Assembly: GCA_963768075.1 (NCBI GenBank) | Contig: CAVYHD010000022.1 | Coordinates: 45,802-109,801 of the forward strand | Length of the DNA stretch: 64,000 nt | Source: Terriglobia bacterium | GTDB lineage: Bacteria; Acidobacteriota; Terriglobia; Bryobacterales; Bryobacteraceae | Direction: 5' to 3' | Shown: piece by piece, positions 9,835 to 20,456 of the stretch | How positions within the stretch are numbered: position 1 is the stretch's first letter | Layout of the letters: every line of letters starts with the position of its first letter | Notes under the pieces: model-generated | The model's database searches: none | The model's input: the letters and a program-made list of their open reading frames with translations, nothing else | What the model was told of the DNA's origin: nothing | Translations under genes and position numbers: made by a program

Positions 9835-10605
9835 ATGCGTAAACTGAGATTACTTACGCTGCTGGCTTCCCTTGGTCTGAGCGCGCAGACGGGCGTTCTC
9901 AAAACGAAACCGCTCGCCAACCCGGGGGACATCGATCACGGCGCGCGTTTATTTACGGCCAATTGCGCTCTCTGTCACGGCCCTAAGGGCACCGGCGGCC
10001 GCGGCGCCGATCTAGCGCGCCCCCGGCTGACACGAGCCATTGACGACACAGCACTGTTTCAAATCATTCACGACGGCATCCCCGGTACGGAAATGCCTGC
10101 CAACCGTGCCATGACCGACCACGAGATGTGGCAAGTGATTGCCTACGTTCGAACCCTGGGCCGCGCCGCTGCCGAAAAAGTTTCGGGCGATCCTGCCAGT
10201 GGGGCAGCCGTTTTCCGCGCCAAAGGTTGTATGGGTTGCCACGCTATCGGAGCAGCCGGTGGGAATATGGGACCGTCCCTGGCAGAGGCCGGCGAGAGGC
10301 GCAGCGCCGCGTACCTCCGTGCCGCGCTGCTGGATCCCACGGCAAATCTGCCGGATGGCTTCACTATGGCCGAGATCACGACCACCGCGGGAAATCATGT
10401 GACCGGCATTGTTTTAAACGAAGACACTTACTCGATCCAGATACGCGATCTGGCTGGCAATCTGCACTCGTTCTGGAAAGCGGAATTAACGGCTCTTGAG
10501 GAGCACGATGACCGCACGCCCATGCCGAGTTTTCGCGGCCGGTTGAGCGATCGCGAATTGAATGATCTGGTGGCGTACCTGGTTTCCCTCCGAGGTATCC
10601 AATGA
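9835..10605 (+). CDS. Dihaem c-type cytochrome (signal peptide)
   Basis: Two CxxCH motifs ('CALCHG', 'CMGCHA'). Signal peptide 'MRKLRLLTLLASLGLSAQ'. The stop overlaps the next ATG (ATGA at 10602-10605). Confidence 0.85.
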   Translation: MRKLRLLTLLASLGLSAQTGVLKTKPLANPGDIDHGARLFTANCALCHGPKGTGGRGADLARPRLTRAIDDTALFQIIHDGIPGTEMPANRAMTDHEMWQVIAYVRTLGRAAAEKVSGDPASGAAVFRAKGCMGCHAIGAAGGNMGPSLAEAGERRSAAYLRAALLDPTANLPDGFTMAEITTTAGNHVTGIVLNEDTYSIQIRDLAGNLHSFWKAELTALEEHDDRTPMPSFRGRLSDRELNDLVAYLVSLRGIQ

Positions 10606-12179
10606 AGTCCGCAGCCTGGATTCTGGCCGCGTGCCTACAGCTTTCGGCGCAGGTGCCATTCGATCGCATCCGCAGCGCGGACCGCGAGCCCGGCAATTGG
10701 CTCACCTATTCGGGCAACTATAGCGCGCACCGGCATTCGTTGCTGAATCAGATCAACGCGGGCAATGTCGCGAAGCTGAAGCCGGTCTGGGTATATCAAG
10801 TGAGCACCCCCGGGCGAGTGGAAACCACGCCGTTGGTGGTCGATGGCGTCATGTACCTCACGGAGCCTCCGAGCAACGTCACGGCGCTCGATACCCGCAC
10901 CGGCAGACCGTTGTGGCGATTTCAGCGCCCCGTACCCGGGGACGTTCGCGTGTGCTGCGGGCAAGTGAATCGAGGTGTCGCGCTGCTGGATGAACTGGTC
11001 TTCGTCGGCACGGTCGACTCCCACTTGATCGCCCTCGACTCCAAGACCGGACAGGTGCGCTGGGATGTGACCGTCGCGGACTATAAAACCGGCTACTCTA
11101 TCACTGTCGCGCCCCTCGCCGTGAAGGACAAAGTCATCATTGGGATCGCTGGCGGCGAGTTCGGCGTTCGGGGGTTCCTCGACGCCTATAACGCGAAATC
11201 GGGCCAGCATGCCTGGCGCTTTTGGACGGTGCCTGATCCGGGTCAGCCCGGACACGACACCTGGGCCAGTGAAAGTTGGAAGACCGGGTCCGCTACTACC
11301 TGGCTGACCGGCTCTTACGATCCCGAATCGAACCTGCTCTATTGGGGCACGGGTAATCCTGGTCCGGACTGGAACGGTGATAGCCGCGCTGGTGACAATC
11401 TCTACACAGATTGCCTTCTGGCGGTCGATGCGGACACGGGCAAGCTGAAATGGTACTTCCAGTTCACACCTCACGACACGCACGATTGGGATGCAAACGA
11501 GATTCCGGTGCTAGCCAGCGCTGCCATCCGCGGCCAGGATCGCAAGGTGATTCTATTCGCGAACCGGAACGCCTTTTACTACGTCCTGGACCGCTCGAGC
11601 GGGGAGTTTCTTCACGGCCGTGCGTTCGCGCACCAAAGCTGGACGAAGGGACTCGACGACAAGGGCCGGGCGGCGCCGCTGCCGAACATCGAGCCGAGCG
11701 AAGAGGGCACAAAGGTCTACCCAAGCCTGAACGGCGCCACCAATTGGCAAAGCCCCGCATACAACCCAAAGACAGGCCTGTTTTATGTAGCGGTGCGCGA
11801 ACAGGGGGGCATTTATTACAAGGGCGAAGCTGATTACCAGCCCGGCAGCCTTTTCAATGGCGGCGGATTTTCCAGGATCCCGCACGAGCGCGGCTACGGA
11901 GCCATCCGCGCACTTCAGCCGGCATCGGGCGAGATGCAATGGGAGTTCAAGCTGTTCTCGCCGCCGTTTGCGGGTGTGCTCTCAACCGCGGGTGGTCTCG
12001 TTTTTGCCGGAACAGCCGAAGGCGATTTTCTGGCATTAGAAGCGACCACGGGGAAGTCTCTGTGGCACTTCGAGACGGGCGCAATGATTCGGGCAAATCC
12101 CATAAGCTACCTGAGCGACGGAAAGCAGCAGGTGGTGATCGCTTCGGGAAATGCTATCTTTGCGTTCACGGTTGAGTGA
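10602..12179 (+). CDS. PQQ-dependent dehydrogenase, methanol/ethanol family
   Basis: 'WLTYSGNYSAHRHSLLNQIN', the vicinal disulfide pair 'VRVCCGQVNRG', and repeated W-motif propeller blades. Confidence 0.9.
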   Translation: MKSAAWILAACLQLSAQVPFDRIRSADREPGNWLTYSGNYSAHRHSLLNQINAGNVAKLKPVWVYQVSTPGRVETTPLVVDGVMYLTEPPSNVTALDTRTGRPLWRFQRPVPGDVRVCCGQVNRGVALLDELVFVGTVDSHLIALDSKTGQVRWDVTVADYKTGYSITVAPLAVKDKVIIGIAGGEFGVRGFLDAYNAKSGQHAWRFWTVPDPGQPGHDTWASESWKTGSATTWLTGSYDPESNLLYWGTGNPGPDWNGDSRAGDNLYTDCLLAVDADTGKLKWYFQFTPHDTHDWDANEIPVLASAAIRGQDRKVILFANRNAFYYVLDRSSGEFLHGRAFAHQSWTKGLDDKGRAAPLPNIEPSEEGTKVYPSLNGATNWQSPAYNPKTGLFYVAVREQGGIYYKGEADYQPGSLFNGGGFSRIPHERGYGAIRALQPASGEMQWEFKLFSPPFAGVLSTAGGLVFAGTAEGDFLALEATTGKSLWHFETGAMIRANPISYLSDGKQQVVIASGNAIFAFTVE

Positions 12180-12198
12180 AGGCACGGTACCGGAGCGA

Positions 12199-12214
12199 GG
12201 CACACACCTGTGCC
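12199..12214. terminator. Small hairpin between convergent genes (GGCACA-cacc-TGTGCC)
   Basis: Read directly between the stops at 12179 (+) and 12232 (-). No U-tract. Confidence 0.3.
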
Positions 12215-12231
12215 GCCGAATACTGCCGGCC

Positions 12232-14160
12232 TTAAACGAGCACTTGATCCAATAACTGTCCAACCGCCCGGCTGGACTCAATAAAGGCATTGCGATGGTC
12301 CATTGCACCCGCAAGATCGGAATGCGAAAAGGCGATCCGTCCAAATGGAGCAACACGCAGAACATCCCGAGGAGCGGCCTGGCCATTCATTCCGAAAAAG
12401 AATCCCGGCTGAGGGTTGACAAAAGCATGCCCAAAGCGGTTGAGGACAATGCCCGCGATATCGCGCTTCGCATCAAAGCCGGATGCTCCGAACATGTCGG
12501 TCATCTGCTCACGGATTTGCCGTTCGTATTCCGCGTAAGTCGTCGAAAGGAGCTCCGCCCGCCCTTTGCTCCCCTGTTCGGCGGCCGGAAGTCCGGGCTT
12601 CGCGAAATCGACGAAGAAAGTTAGCACAGTAGGTAGATCCGGGCCGACCACGGGAGAGTCAACCCCAAACTTAGCCATTTTTCTAACTTCGACAAAACGT
12701 CCGAATCCGTCAAACCAATTGCCACCGGAGATACCCATTTTCGATAGGAAGTTCCAGTTTGTGACCGCGACGTTCGCCGTCATGTACGGTGAATAGTAAA
12801 ACTGCGAATATGCACGTTGACGATCTACGTCCAGATCGCGAACGACATGCTTTGTCATCCAGCCGCCGCCCGCCATTACCACAGTCTTGGCTTTCAAACG
12901 ATATAGCTTGCCGCCGGAGAGATAGGTGACCCAAACAAAGGTCGATTTATCCGGCTCGGCATCGTGTTCCACGCGGATCACGGTCGAGTTAAGCCGTAAG
13001 CGGGTCTGCTGACCCGGCCGGTCGAGCGCCGAAAAACGGATGGGCTGTTTCCAGACTGCTTCCATCGTGCGCGGACCTTCAATGGATTCAGGGATGAGCG
13101 TCTTCACGATCAGCCGGGTCATTCCCGAGTTTCCGCCGGGGAACATTTGCAATCCTGTCTCCATGGAGTCGTCGAGGGTGGGAATCTCCCTGGACCACAT
13201 GTACTCCAAATAGCCGGATAGCGCGTCCGGGCCTACTCCGAATCCGCCCGCAGTATCCGAAGCGAAGAATGTCCGGATGGTCTCGCGGCTCATTCCGTAA
13301 GTCCGTACCATCAAATCCTCGAGTGTCATGCCGTCCAACTGCCGCGAAACGGCATCGCCGGGATATTGGTAGACCAACCGAGGCGCAGCGAGATCACCGC
13401 GTTTCCAGGCCAGCATTTCCTGGCGGGTCTTTGCGGAAAATGGAGTGCCTTCCAGATTGCTGCTCCACGGATCTTTTACCCACATTCCCGGTTTGTGTCC
13501 GAACTTGGCTCCGAAGAACCATCCATACGTGCTCCGCTTTTCATACCCGGCCACTCGATAGGGGCTTCTCGGCAACGACAAATCGGGCGACGAGGCCTGC
13601 CAGGTCTGGTACTCCTTGAAGGCATTCCAGTCGAGCCCCATGGCATCATAGACGCTCTTCAAGAAGCTGTTTGGATACGGCGGCTGAAAATGAACGGAGG
13701 CCTGCGGGGCGTAGAGACGCTGGCCGTTAATGACGAAATCGTTTCGCTTAGCCACGCCGCCAAACACTCGAGCATTGTCGAGGATCAAACAGGTTCGGTC
13801 CGCGCTGGCCTTTTGTTTGAAGAACAAGCCAGCCGACAAACCGGCAAAACCCCCGCCCACAACGACACAATCGTGGAATTCGCCGGTGTCCGTTACGTTG
13901 GCAGGCGCCTTGTCCCAGGCCCCATCGCGCACTGAATGAGCATTGTGTACGACCTCTTCGGTGTTGCCCGCCGAGTTGCGATAGTCTCCTTCGCCCGTAT
14001 AACCGGTCCAGCCCTCGGCTTGGGCGAGCATCTGGACCGGAGCGCCGGCCGCCAGAAGGGCCGCGCCCGAAGCCAGCAGAGCGCCATCGAGAAAGTCGCG
14101 GCGGGATACTTCTTCATGGATACCGAGGAGCTTATCGAGGTGGGGGCAAGATCGAGACAT
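12232..14160 (-). CDS. Tat-exported NAD(P)/FAD-dependent oxidoreductase (amine-oxidase/spermidine-dehydrogenase-like size and layout)
   Basis: Twin-arginine signal 'SRRDFLDGALLASGAALLAAGAP' and Rossmann motif 'CVVVGGGFAGLSAGLFF'. Confidence 0.8.
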   Translation of the reverse strand: MSRSCPHLDKLLGIHEEVSRRDFLDGALLASGAALLAAGAPVQMLAQAEGWTGYTGEGDYRNSAGNTEEVVHNAHSVRDGAWDKAPANVTDTGEFHDCVVVGGGFAGLSAGLFFKQKASADRTCLILDNARVFGGVAKRNDFVINGQRLYAPQASVHFQPPYPNSFLKSVYDAMGLDWNAFKEYQTWQASSPDLSLPRSPYRVAGYEKRSTYGWFFGAKFGHKPGMWVKDPWSSNLEGTPFSAKTRQEMLAWKRGDLAAPRLVYQYPGDAVSRQLDGMTLEDLMVRTYGMSRETIRTFFASDTAGGFGVGPDALSGYLEYMWSREIPTLDDSMETGLQMFPGGNSGMTRLIVKTLIPESIEGPRTMEAVWKQPIRFSALDRPGQQTRLRLNSTVIRVEHDAEPDKSTFVWVTYLSGGKLYRLKAKTVVMAGGGWMTKHVVRDLDVDRQRAYSQFYYSPYMTANVAVTNWNFLSKMGISGGNWFDGFGRFVEVRKMAKFGVDSPVVGPDLPTVLTFFVDFAKPGLPAAEQGSKGRAELLSTTYAEYERQIREQMTDMFGASGFDAKRDIAGIVLNRFGHAFVNPQPGFFFGMNGQAAPRDVLRVAPFGRIAFSHSDLAGAMDHRNAFIESSRAVGQLLDQVLV

Positions 14161-14305
14161 GGGTTTTCCAAACGTTGCAGATTCGCACAGGAAATCACAT
14201 CAGATCCGCATCGTTACGTCAAGGGAGCCATATCAGGCCCAACCGGGCGTTGGGAGTCAAACCAAGTCGGGGGCCAGCGCTTGGCGTATATTAAACTTTG
14301 ATCCC

Positions 14306-15319
14306 ATGAAAGCCCTCGTATACACGGCGCCGCGCCAACTCCAGATACTCGACCTTCCCGACCCATCGCCCAAGACCGGCGAGGTCCTCGTGAGAATTCG
14401 CGCCGCCGGAGTCTGTGGATCGGACCTCCACGGCTTCCTGGGGCGCAGCAGGAAGCGGGTGCCGCCGCTGGTATTGGGTCACGAGTTCACCGGCGAAGTC
14501 GCGGATGGTGGGCAGGCCGCCGGATTCGGGACGGGAAATGAGGTAGCGGTTTACCCGATCATCAGTTGCGGCATCTGCGGATACTGCACAAGCGACCGTG
14601 AGAACCTCTGCCCTTCGAAGAGAGTATACGGGCTGGATTTGAACGGCGGCTTGGCGGAGTACGTTTGCGTGCCGGCGCGATGTCTCTTCCGTCTACCTGC
14701 CAGCTTGTCGTTCCTCGAAGGTTCGCTGATTGAGCCGCTGGCCAATGCGGTCCACGTGCTCAAACGTTTGCCGGATGTTCGCGGCCAGTCCGGACTGATC
14801 TACGGAGCCGGTCCTATCGGCATGCTTTGTGCGTTCGCCGCCGCGCAGTTGGGTGCGCGCCGAATCGCTGTAGTCGACCGCAATCCACGCCGCCTGGCCA
14901 GCATGAGCCAGCTCGGCGTCAGCCGGACGGTCGACGCAACGGCCGAGGACCCGGTGAGCAGCATCCTGGGGTGGACCGCGGGACACGGCGTGGATTTCTC
15001 GATTGATGCGGTGGGGAACACGGCGTGCCGCCGTAACACCATCGACTGCACGGCCGCGGGAGGCGCTGTGGTGTGCATCGGCCTGGAAGAAGAAGTGTGC
15101 GCTGTGGATACACGCCCGCTCGTCACGCGCGAGGTGGACCTCAAGGGATCATACGCTTACACCAGAGCTGACTTCGCAGAGGCGATCTCGTTGCTCGAGC
15201 GAAAGCTGCTGCCATGGAAGGACTTGGTAACGAAAGCACAACTCGTTCAAGGCCAAGCCATCTTCGACGACCTGGCCAGCGGCAGTTCCGGGATTATGAA
15301 GGCGGTCTTTGAAGTGTGA
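14306..15319 (+). CDS. Zn-dependent medium-chain alcohol/polyol dehydrogenase
   Basis: 'GVCGSDLHGF', 'GHEFTGEV', and the structural Zn cluster 'CGICGYCTSDRENLC'. ATG at 14306 ('MKALVYT'). Confidence 0.9.
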   Translation: MKALVYTAPRQLQILDLPDPSPKTGEVLVRIRAAGVCGSDLHGFLGRSRKRVPPLVLGHEFTGEVADGGQAAGFGTGNEVAVYPIISCGICGYCTSDRENLCPSKRVYGLDLNGGLAEYVCVPARCLFRLPASLSFLEGSLIEPLANAVHVLKRLPDVRGQSGLIYGAGPIGMLCAFAAAQLGARRIAVVDRNPRRLASMSQLGVSRTVDATAEDPVSSILGWTAGHGVDFSIDAVGNTACRRNTIDCTAAGGAVVCIGLEEEVCAVDTRPLVTREVDLKGSYAYTRADFAEAISLLERKLLPWKDLVTKAQLVQGQAIFDDLASGSSGIMKAVFEV

Positions 15320-15322
15320 CCG

Positions 15323-18300
15323 CTACCAGTTAAACTTCACTCCAAACTGCATGGCCCGCGGATCGGTCTGTACGTTCGTAATCTTTCCAAACTGACAGCC
15401 GAACTGGTGCAATAGATCCGTCGTCCCGTTGGCATTCGGCGGCAAGCAGTAATTCAAGTTGGGGATGCCGAGATTTTGGTGGTTAAGAGCGTTGTACACT
15501 TCCCAGCGGAACGTGAAGTACTTCACTTCGCCGACGCGAAATTGGCGGGAGAGCGACATATCGGTATTCCAGAAGCCGGGTGCCCGCACCTGTGGACTGC
15601 GCACACCCATGGTCCCGAAATTCCAGAAGGCGTCGTACGCAGTCGGATCGGAGGAGGTCGCGATTGCAGGATTGGAACCCCAGGCGGGCAGAAAAGCAGC
15701 CGGGTTGAACCATTGATTCTCCTGCTGCTGCTGTGTTCTTGACCCGCTGAACTGCATTGGATTGCCCACCAGATCGGGACGGCAGGTTATGGCGTCGCAA
15801 GGTCCGGTTATCGTAACCGGGACGCCACTCTGAAAATTCCAGTTTTGGGTGAGCTTCCATCCACCAGCTACTGCCCGGCCAACCTTGTTGTTCGCGAGGA
15901 ACTGTTTGCCCTTACCGAAGGGCAATTCGTATACGGTGGCCAAGTTCAGGATATTCGGGATGTCGTCAGGAGCAACGGCGACGTCAAGATCTCGATTGTC
16001 CGGATTTTGCGGACCAGCCCCGCCAGCCACGTTCCCGGAGCCTCCCGAGATCGCTCCGGGAACAAAGGCGGAGCGGCCCACCGTGCGTCCGAGCGTGGTC
16101 GGCGTCGCCGTGTTTCCGATAATACTGCCGAAATTTGGCGAAATGATATTTTTCGAGAAACTGTAAACGGCGGTAAAAGTCAAGCCGTGCGAATATCGCT
16201 TCTCGAATTTGGCCTGCAGCGAATTGTAGCGGTTGAAGCCGTCGGGACTGACGTTGACGCCCACCGCGGCATATTGAGGATACGGGACGCTGATCAGGCT
16301 CAGCGGAACTGTGGGGCCATAGAGGGACACCAGCCCAGGCGGAGTAGCCACGGTTTGGTTGATCTGGGTCTTGAGCTGCAGCCGCGTTGCGGTAGGTACG
16401 ATATCGTAATTCCTGAATTCATCTCCGTAGAGATGCAAACCGTGCGTGCCTACATATCCGACGCTCAGCATCATACTGGAAGGAAGCTCGCGCTGCACGT
16501 AGAAGCTCCATTGCTCCACATACGGAGCGTGATCACCATTCAGAAAGGCTCCCAGTCCGGTTCCCAGGAACTGGTCGTTTGTCGTTTTCACCAGGCTAAG
16601 CGGAGGCAGATTCAGGTTGGGCGCCCCTTGGCTGAGGATGAACGCGGGCCTCTCGCCGGTATGATCAGTGCCCTCCTCCCCATAGGTAAAGTAGTTGGCG
16701 TAAGCGGGAGCGCTGATGGCCCCGTTCTGATCGCCAAACGCCGAACTGATGGAGTTACTGTAAATGATGTCATAACCGCCGCGGATCACGGTTTTCCGGT
16801 CCGAGAACGGCGCCCACGAGAAATTCACGCGCGGTCCGAAGCTGTTCTTGTTTGCCGGAAAGACGTCGGCCGAGGGGTGGGCGGGAGTCCCAAAATAAAC
16901 CAAGCCGCCTGCATAGGGGACGTCCGGATTCTGAAGGTTGAAGTCAAAGTTGGCCAGCGCATTGGTCCGCTCACGGAACCAGCCGTAGAGGTCATAGCGC
17001 AGGCCGATGTTCAGCGTGAAATTCTTCGTAATCCGATAGTCGTCTTGAATGTAGAAGCCCCAATAGTCGTTGGTCTGATAGGGCGCGTGATACGTTCCGG
17101 TCCCGCTGCTTTGGTCCACCGCGCCTAACAGGAACTGAGCCAGGCCGTTTCCGCCCAATCCCGTCACCGGGTCGTTGGTCAGACCGCCGCCGAAGCTGAG
17201 GTTGTATCCCCAGCCCGCCAGGTTCCAATTGTCGTCGCGGCGCCACATGAAACCCGCTTTCAATGTGTGCTTTCCAACAATCTTCGTGAGGTTATCGAGC
17301 ACTGTGTATGCATCTTCGCCCTGAATCGCGTTTTGCCACTGCTGCGGCCCGAACGAGGGATATCCCCCGAGACCGATCGTCGGGACGGGAAAGAAGACTG
17401 GGTCCGAGATGAAGTTCAGACCCTGGACCTTCTGCTCGATGATGTTATTGTCCACCAGCGCGTTCGGATTTGGTGTCGCCTTCTGATTCTGACGGCTGTA
17501 GCTTGCCCGCACTTCATTGACGAACGTACCGCCAAAAGTCTGTGTGTGCCCGAGCGTGAAAATCTGGTTAAAGGTCCTGTAGGGCTGTGCGCCGGCCACG
17601 CCGGCGGTCTGCGCCGTCGGCCCGGTCCACGGCAGGCGGTAGTTCGTGTACCAGCTTGGATTCAGCAGATATTCGACGAAGAGTTTGCTGTTATCGTTGA
17701 TCTGGTGATCGACTTTCACGGACAGATTATTGGTGGTCTGGCTGCTGCCAACGTCGCCCAGAAAATTGTTGCACAGCACGCCGCAACCGCCCGACCCCTG
17801 CTGCAACGGGTCCACGAAATTGGGGTTCGGAAAACTGTTGACATAGTAGGCGGCCAAAGGGTCGATCTGGCTTTTGGGGATGATCGGTGTTGGATACGGA
17901 GTCCGATGAAATAGGCCATTGGCGTCGGGTCCTGTGGTCGTATACGGATTGTAAAGGCAGTTATTCACTCCAGCGGCCGGATCGCACACTGCGGCTAAAT
18001 TAGGCCGGTCCGTGAAGTTGCCCTGGCGTTCCTGCGCCGTCGGCACCGTATAAAGCTGGGGCTTGAGTTCATGTAGGAACGAAGTCTCCCAGGACGCGAA
18101 AAAGAACGTCTTGTTCTTGCGAATCGGCCCACCGATGGTTCCGCCGAAATCGTTGTAATTCACAGATGGAGACAAAAACTCGGTGCCAGCGGCGTCACGG
18201 CGCTGGAACGGGTTGCTGGCGCTGAAATAGGAGTTGCGGTTGAATCCGTATGCGTCTCCATGGAACTGGTTGGTGCCCGACTTCAACACGACGTTGATCA

Positions 18301-19054
18301 CCGCGCCGCTCGTCCGGCTCCACTCCGCCGCCAGACCGTTGTTCAGCATGGCAAATTCGGAAACGGCATCGGGCGCCGGATTCACCACCACGCTCTCCGG
18401 CCCCACAATGGCGTTCAAAGTGCCATCCAGGTACCAGGCGTTGGCGCCGCCCTGGCTGCCGTTCACGCTGATCCCCGATCCCACGATGTGGGTTGGATCC
18501 GGGAATCCACCGAACTGGCTGTTAAAGCCAAACACGGATCCCGATGGCCCTACCGATTGCGTGACCCCGGGGAGCAATTGAATCAGGGTCTGAATATCGC
18601 GCCCCACGATCGGAACTTCATCCAGAATCTGGCCCTGCACCTCGGTGCTGAAGTTGGAAGCCGTCTGTTCTACCAGAGGGGCCTCCGCCCTGACGTCGAC
18701 AGTCTCCGCGAGTTGTCCGATCTTCAACACTCCATCCACGCTCACGGTTGTGCCGGCCTTGACTTCAATGTTCGTGAATTCCAGGGTCGCGAATCCCTGG
18801 TTCTGGAAACGCACGGTGTAGGAGCCTGGCACCAATTCGGGGGCGGCGTAGTATCCGGAATCGTTGGTGACCTGGGTTGCGGTCACTCCGGTCGCCGTGT
18901 TGGTGATCTCGACACGGACCTTGGGGACGGACGCTCCCTGTGCGTCGGTCACGGTCCCTTGGACGGCTCCGCGATCCACGGAAGCGTGACAAATGCCCGC
19001 GAGAAACAAGGCAACAATGGCGAATGAACACGGAAAAGAGAAGCGCTTCTTCAA
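15323..19054 (-). CDS. TonB-dependent receptor with N-terminal carboxypeptidase-regulatory-like domain
   Basis: Signal peptide, then 'GAVQGTVTDAQGASVPKVRVEITNTATG...GSYTVRFQNQGF', a plug region, and C-terminal 'MQFGVKFNW' ending in an aromatic residue. Confidence 0.9.
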   Translation of the reverse strand: MKKRFSFPCSFAIVALFLAGICHASVDRGAVQGTVTDAQGASVPKVRVEITNTATGVTATQVTNDSGYYAAPELVPGSYTVRFQNQGFATLEFTNIEVKAGTTVSVDGVLKIGQLAETVDVRAEAPLVEQTASNFSTEVQGQILDEVPIVGRDIQTLIQLLPGVTQSVGPSGSVFGFNSQFGGFPDPTHIVGSGISVNGSQGGANAWYLDGTLNAIVGPESVVVNPAPDAVSEFAMLNNGLAAEWSRTSGAVINVVLKSGTNQFHGDAYGFNRNSYFSASNPFQRRDAAGTEFLSPSVNYNDFGGTIGGPIRKNKTFFFASWETSFLHELKPQLYTVPTAQERQGNFTDRPNLAAVCDPAAGVNNCLYNPYTTTGPDANGLFHRTPYPTPIIPKSQIDPLAAYYVNSFPNPNFVDPLQQGSGGCGVLCNNFLGDVGSSQTTNNLSVKVDHQINDNSKLFVEYLLNPSWYTNYRLPWTGPTAQTAGVAGAQPYRTFNQIFTLGHTQTFGGTFVNEVRASYSRQNQKATPNPNALVDNNIIEQKVQGLNFISDPVFFPVPTIGLGGYPSFGPQQWQNAIQGEDAYTVLDNLTKIVGKHTLKAGFMWRRDDNWNLAGWGYNLSFGGGLTNDPVTGLGGNGLAQFLLGAVDQSSGTGTYHAPYQTNDYWGFYIQDDYRITKNFTLNIGLRYDLYGWFRERTNALANFDFNLQNPDVPYAGGLVYFGTPAHPSADVFPANKNSFGPRVNFSWAPFSDRKTVIRGGYDIIYSNSISSAFGDQNGAISAPAYANYFTYGEEGTDHTGERPAFILSQGAPNLNLPPLSLVKTTNDQFLGTGLGAFLNGDHAPYVEQWSFYVQRELPSSMMLSVGYVGTHGLHLYGDEFRNYDIVPTATRLQLKTQINQTVATPPGLVSLYGPTVPLSLISVPYPQYAAVGVNVSPDGFNRYNSLQAKFEKRYSHGLTFTAVYSFSKNIISPNFGSIIGNTATPTTLGRTVGRSAFVPGAISGGSGNVAGGAGPQNPDNRDLDVAVAPDDIPNILNLATVYELPFGKGKQFLANNKVGRAVAGGWKLTQNWNFQSGVPVTITGPCDAITCRPDLVGNPMQFSGSRTQQQQENQWFNPAAFLPAWGSNPAIATSSDPTAYDAFWNFGTMGVRSPQVRAPGFWNTDMSLSRQFRVGEVKYFTFRWEVYNALNHQNLGIPNLNYCLPPNANGTTDLLHQFGCQFGKITNVQTDPRAMQFGVKFNW

Positions 19055-19210
19055 GTCGACACCCCCTGCGCACGGATTCGAACAACTGCGCGAAGCATGG
19101 ATTGGAAAGAATGGTAACCGACTAAAGGCTTAAAGTCAATGATCCGGAGTGTCTGAAAAGTACACCTTTCAGGCGCTTCGCAATCTTCTTGCGACATCTT
19201 CGCCTCGCGG

Positions 19211-20368
19211 CTAACGGTTGTCACCCAAACGCTGCCGTGCCTCGGCCAGCTTAGCGGAGATCTCCCGCGAACCGGGCTCGAGGGCCGCGGCCTTCTCGAG
19301 GAGGTCGGCGGCCTGCCGCCATTCCTTATTTTGGGCATGATGCTCAGCGGAGATGGACATCTCTTCGGCGAGCAAGCGGCGAACAGCGGGATCGTCGGGC
19401 TTCAATTCGTGGGCGCGGGTTAGCACCACCATCGCCTCACGGTCCTCGGCGCCCATGTAGAGAATCGTGCCATATAAGATATTTGCCTCAACGAAATCGG
19501 GCCTCAGGCGGACCGCCTCCGCCGCGTGCTCGCGGGCGCGGGCTATGTCCTTCAGGTGAAAACAGGTGAGTGCCAGGTTATATTGAATTTCGGAGGAATC
19601 GGGATCAAGGGCAACCGCCTTCTCCCACGCCGCACGCGCCTGCGGGTACTTTTCCGCTTCCCCAAAGAGCATGCCGATGGCGACGATCTTATCGACATCA
19701 TCGGTATCAGTCAGAGGTCCGCACAGTTCCCATGCCTGATCGGCCTGTCCCTGGCTCAACGATGTCCGGCAGCGGCCAATCGCGACCGATCCCTCCAGGT
19801 AATAACCGTGCAACCGTCTGGTTTGAGTGAACTCCTTCTCGGCCTGATCGCTTTGCCCCAGCTTCTGGTAGGCGCGCCCCAGTAATTGGTGCACGCGCGC
19901 GTCACGGGGGTTCCGCGCGGATTCCTGCTTCAGAACCTGAATGCTGAGCGGATACTTCGCCTGCTTGTAATAGGCCGAGCCGAGATAATAGAGCTCGTCG
20001 CGAACCGGATTTTCGCGCGAGAGGGAACGGAAGCGCCGAATGGCGGAATCGAGATTTCGATCGATGAGATCCATGCGGCCCAGATAGTATGTGGCGACGC
20101 CGGCGGAGTTCTTCCTGGCGAGCATCTGCTCCAGCAACGGACGGGCCCGGCCGTAGTCGCGGAGTTCAAAATAGCAAATGGCGAGTTGTTCGGCGGCTTG
20201 CGCCAAGGCAGGATCGTCGCGCAACGCCTGCTGGAACTCATCGGCTGCTTCGGCGAAGCGCTCTGCCTGCAAGAATTGATTCCCGCTCCCTAGATGAGCC
20301 TGGGCTGCGGACGCCGCACTCGCGGGAGCGCCGCCAGCGTTCCAGAGCATCAGAACCAGCAGCACCAT
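19211..20368 (-). CDS. TPR-repeat protein (secreted/membrane-anchored)
   Basis: Repeated A-x3-Y/F...A-x2-A-P TPR patterns. Start taken at 'MVLLVLMLWNAGGAPASA' (20368), not the ORF-track 20647. Confidence 0.75.
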   Translation of the reverse strand: MVLLVLMLWNAGGAPASAASAAQAHLGSGNQFLQAERFAEAADEFQQALRDDPALAQAAEQLAICYFELRDYGRARPLLEQMLARKNSAGVATYYLGRMDLIDRNLDSAIRRFRSLSRENPVRDELYYLGSAYYKQAKYPLSIQVLKQESARNPRDARVHQLLGRAYQKLGQSDQAEKEFTQTRRLHGYYLEGSVAIGRCRTSLSQGQADQAWELCGPLTDTDDVDKIVAIGMLFGEAEKYPQARAAWEKAVALDPDSSEIQYNLALTCFHLKDIARAREHAAEAVRLRPDFVEANILYGTILYMGAEDREAMVVLTRAHELKPDDPAVRRLLAEEMSISAEHHAQNKEWRQAADLLEKAAALEPGSREISAKLAEARQRLGDNR

Positions 20369-20456
20369 AGTCGACCAAGTGTAGCAGTGCCAACAGCGGC
20401 CGGCAGTTGACACCCCGCGGTTGCAGATCCGACTATTATGGATCGGGACAATAAGC

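Noticed and set aside
15845-17128. 427-aa ORF antisense to the TonB receptor. Similar long shadow ORFs include 6979-7794, 7856-8572, 41461-42096, 44538-45350, 61711-62661 and 63127-63822.
   Set aside because: They have arginine/glycine/proline-rich, low-information translations typical of antisense frames in high-GC DNA. The opposite strand carries clear family motifs, and none has an RBS or recognisable domain.
19066-19085. tRNA-like T-loop signature (GGATTCGAAC, reverse complement of GTTCGAATCC) near the start of the TonB receptor gene
   Set aside because: The flanking bases do not form a 5-bp T-stem, and no acceptor or anticodon arms could be built on either strand. It is simply the 5' leader of gene 15323-19054.
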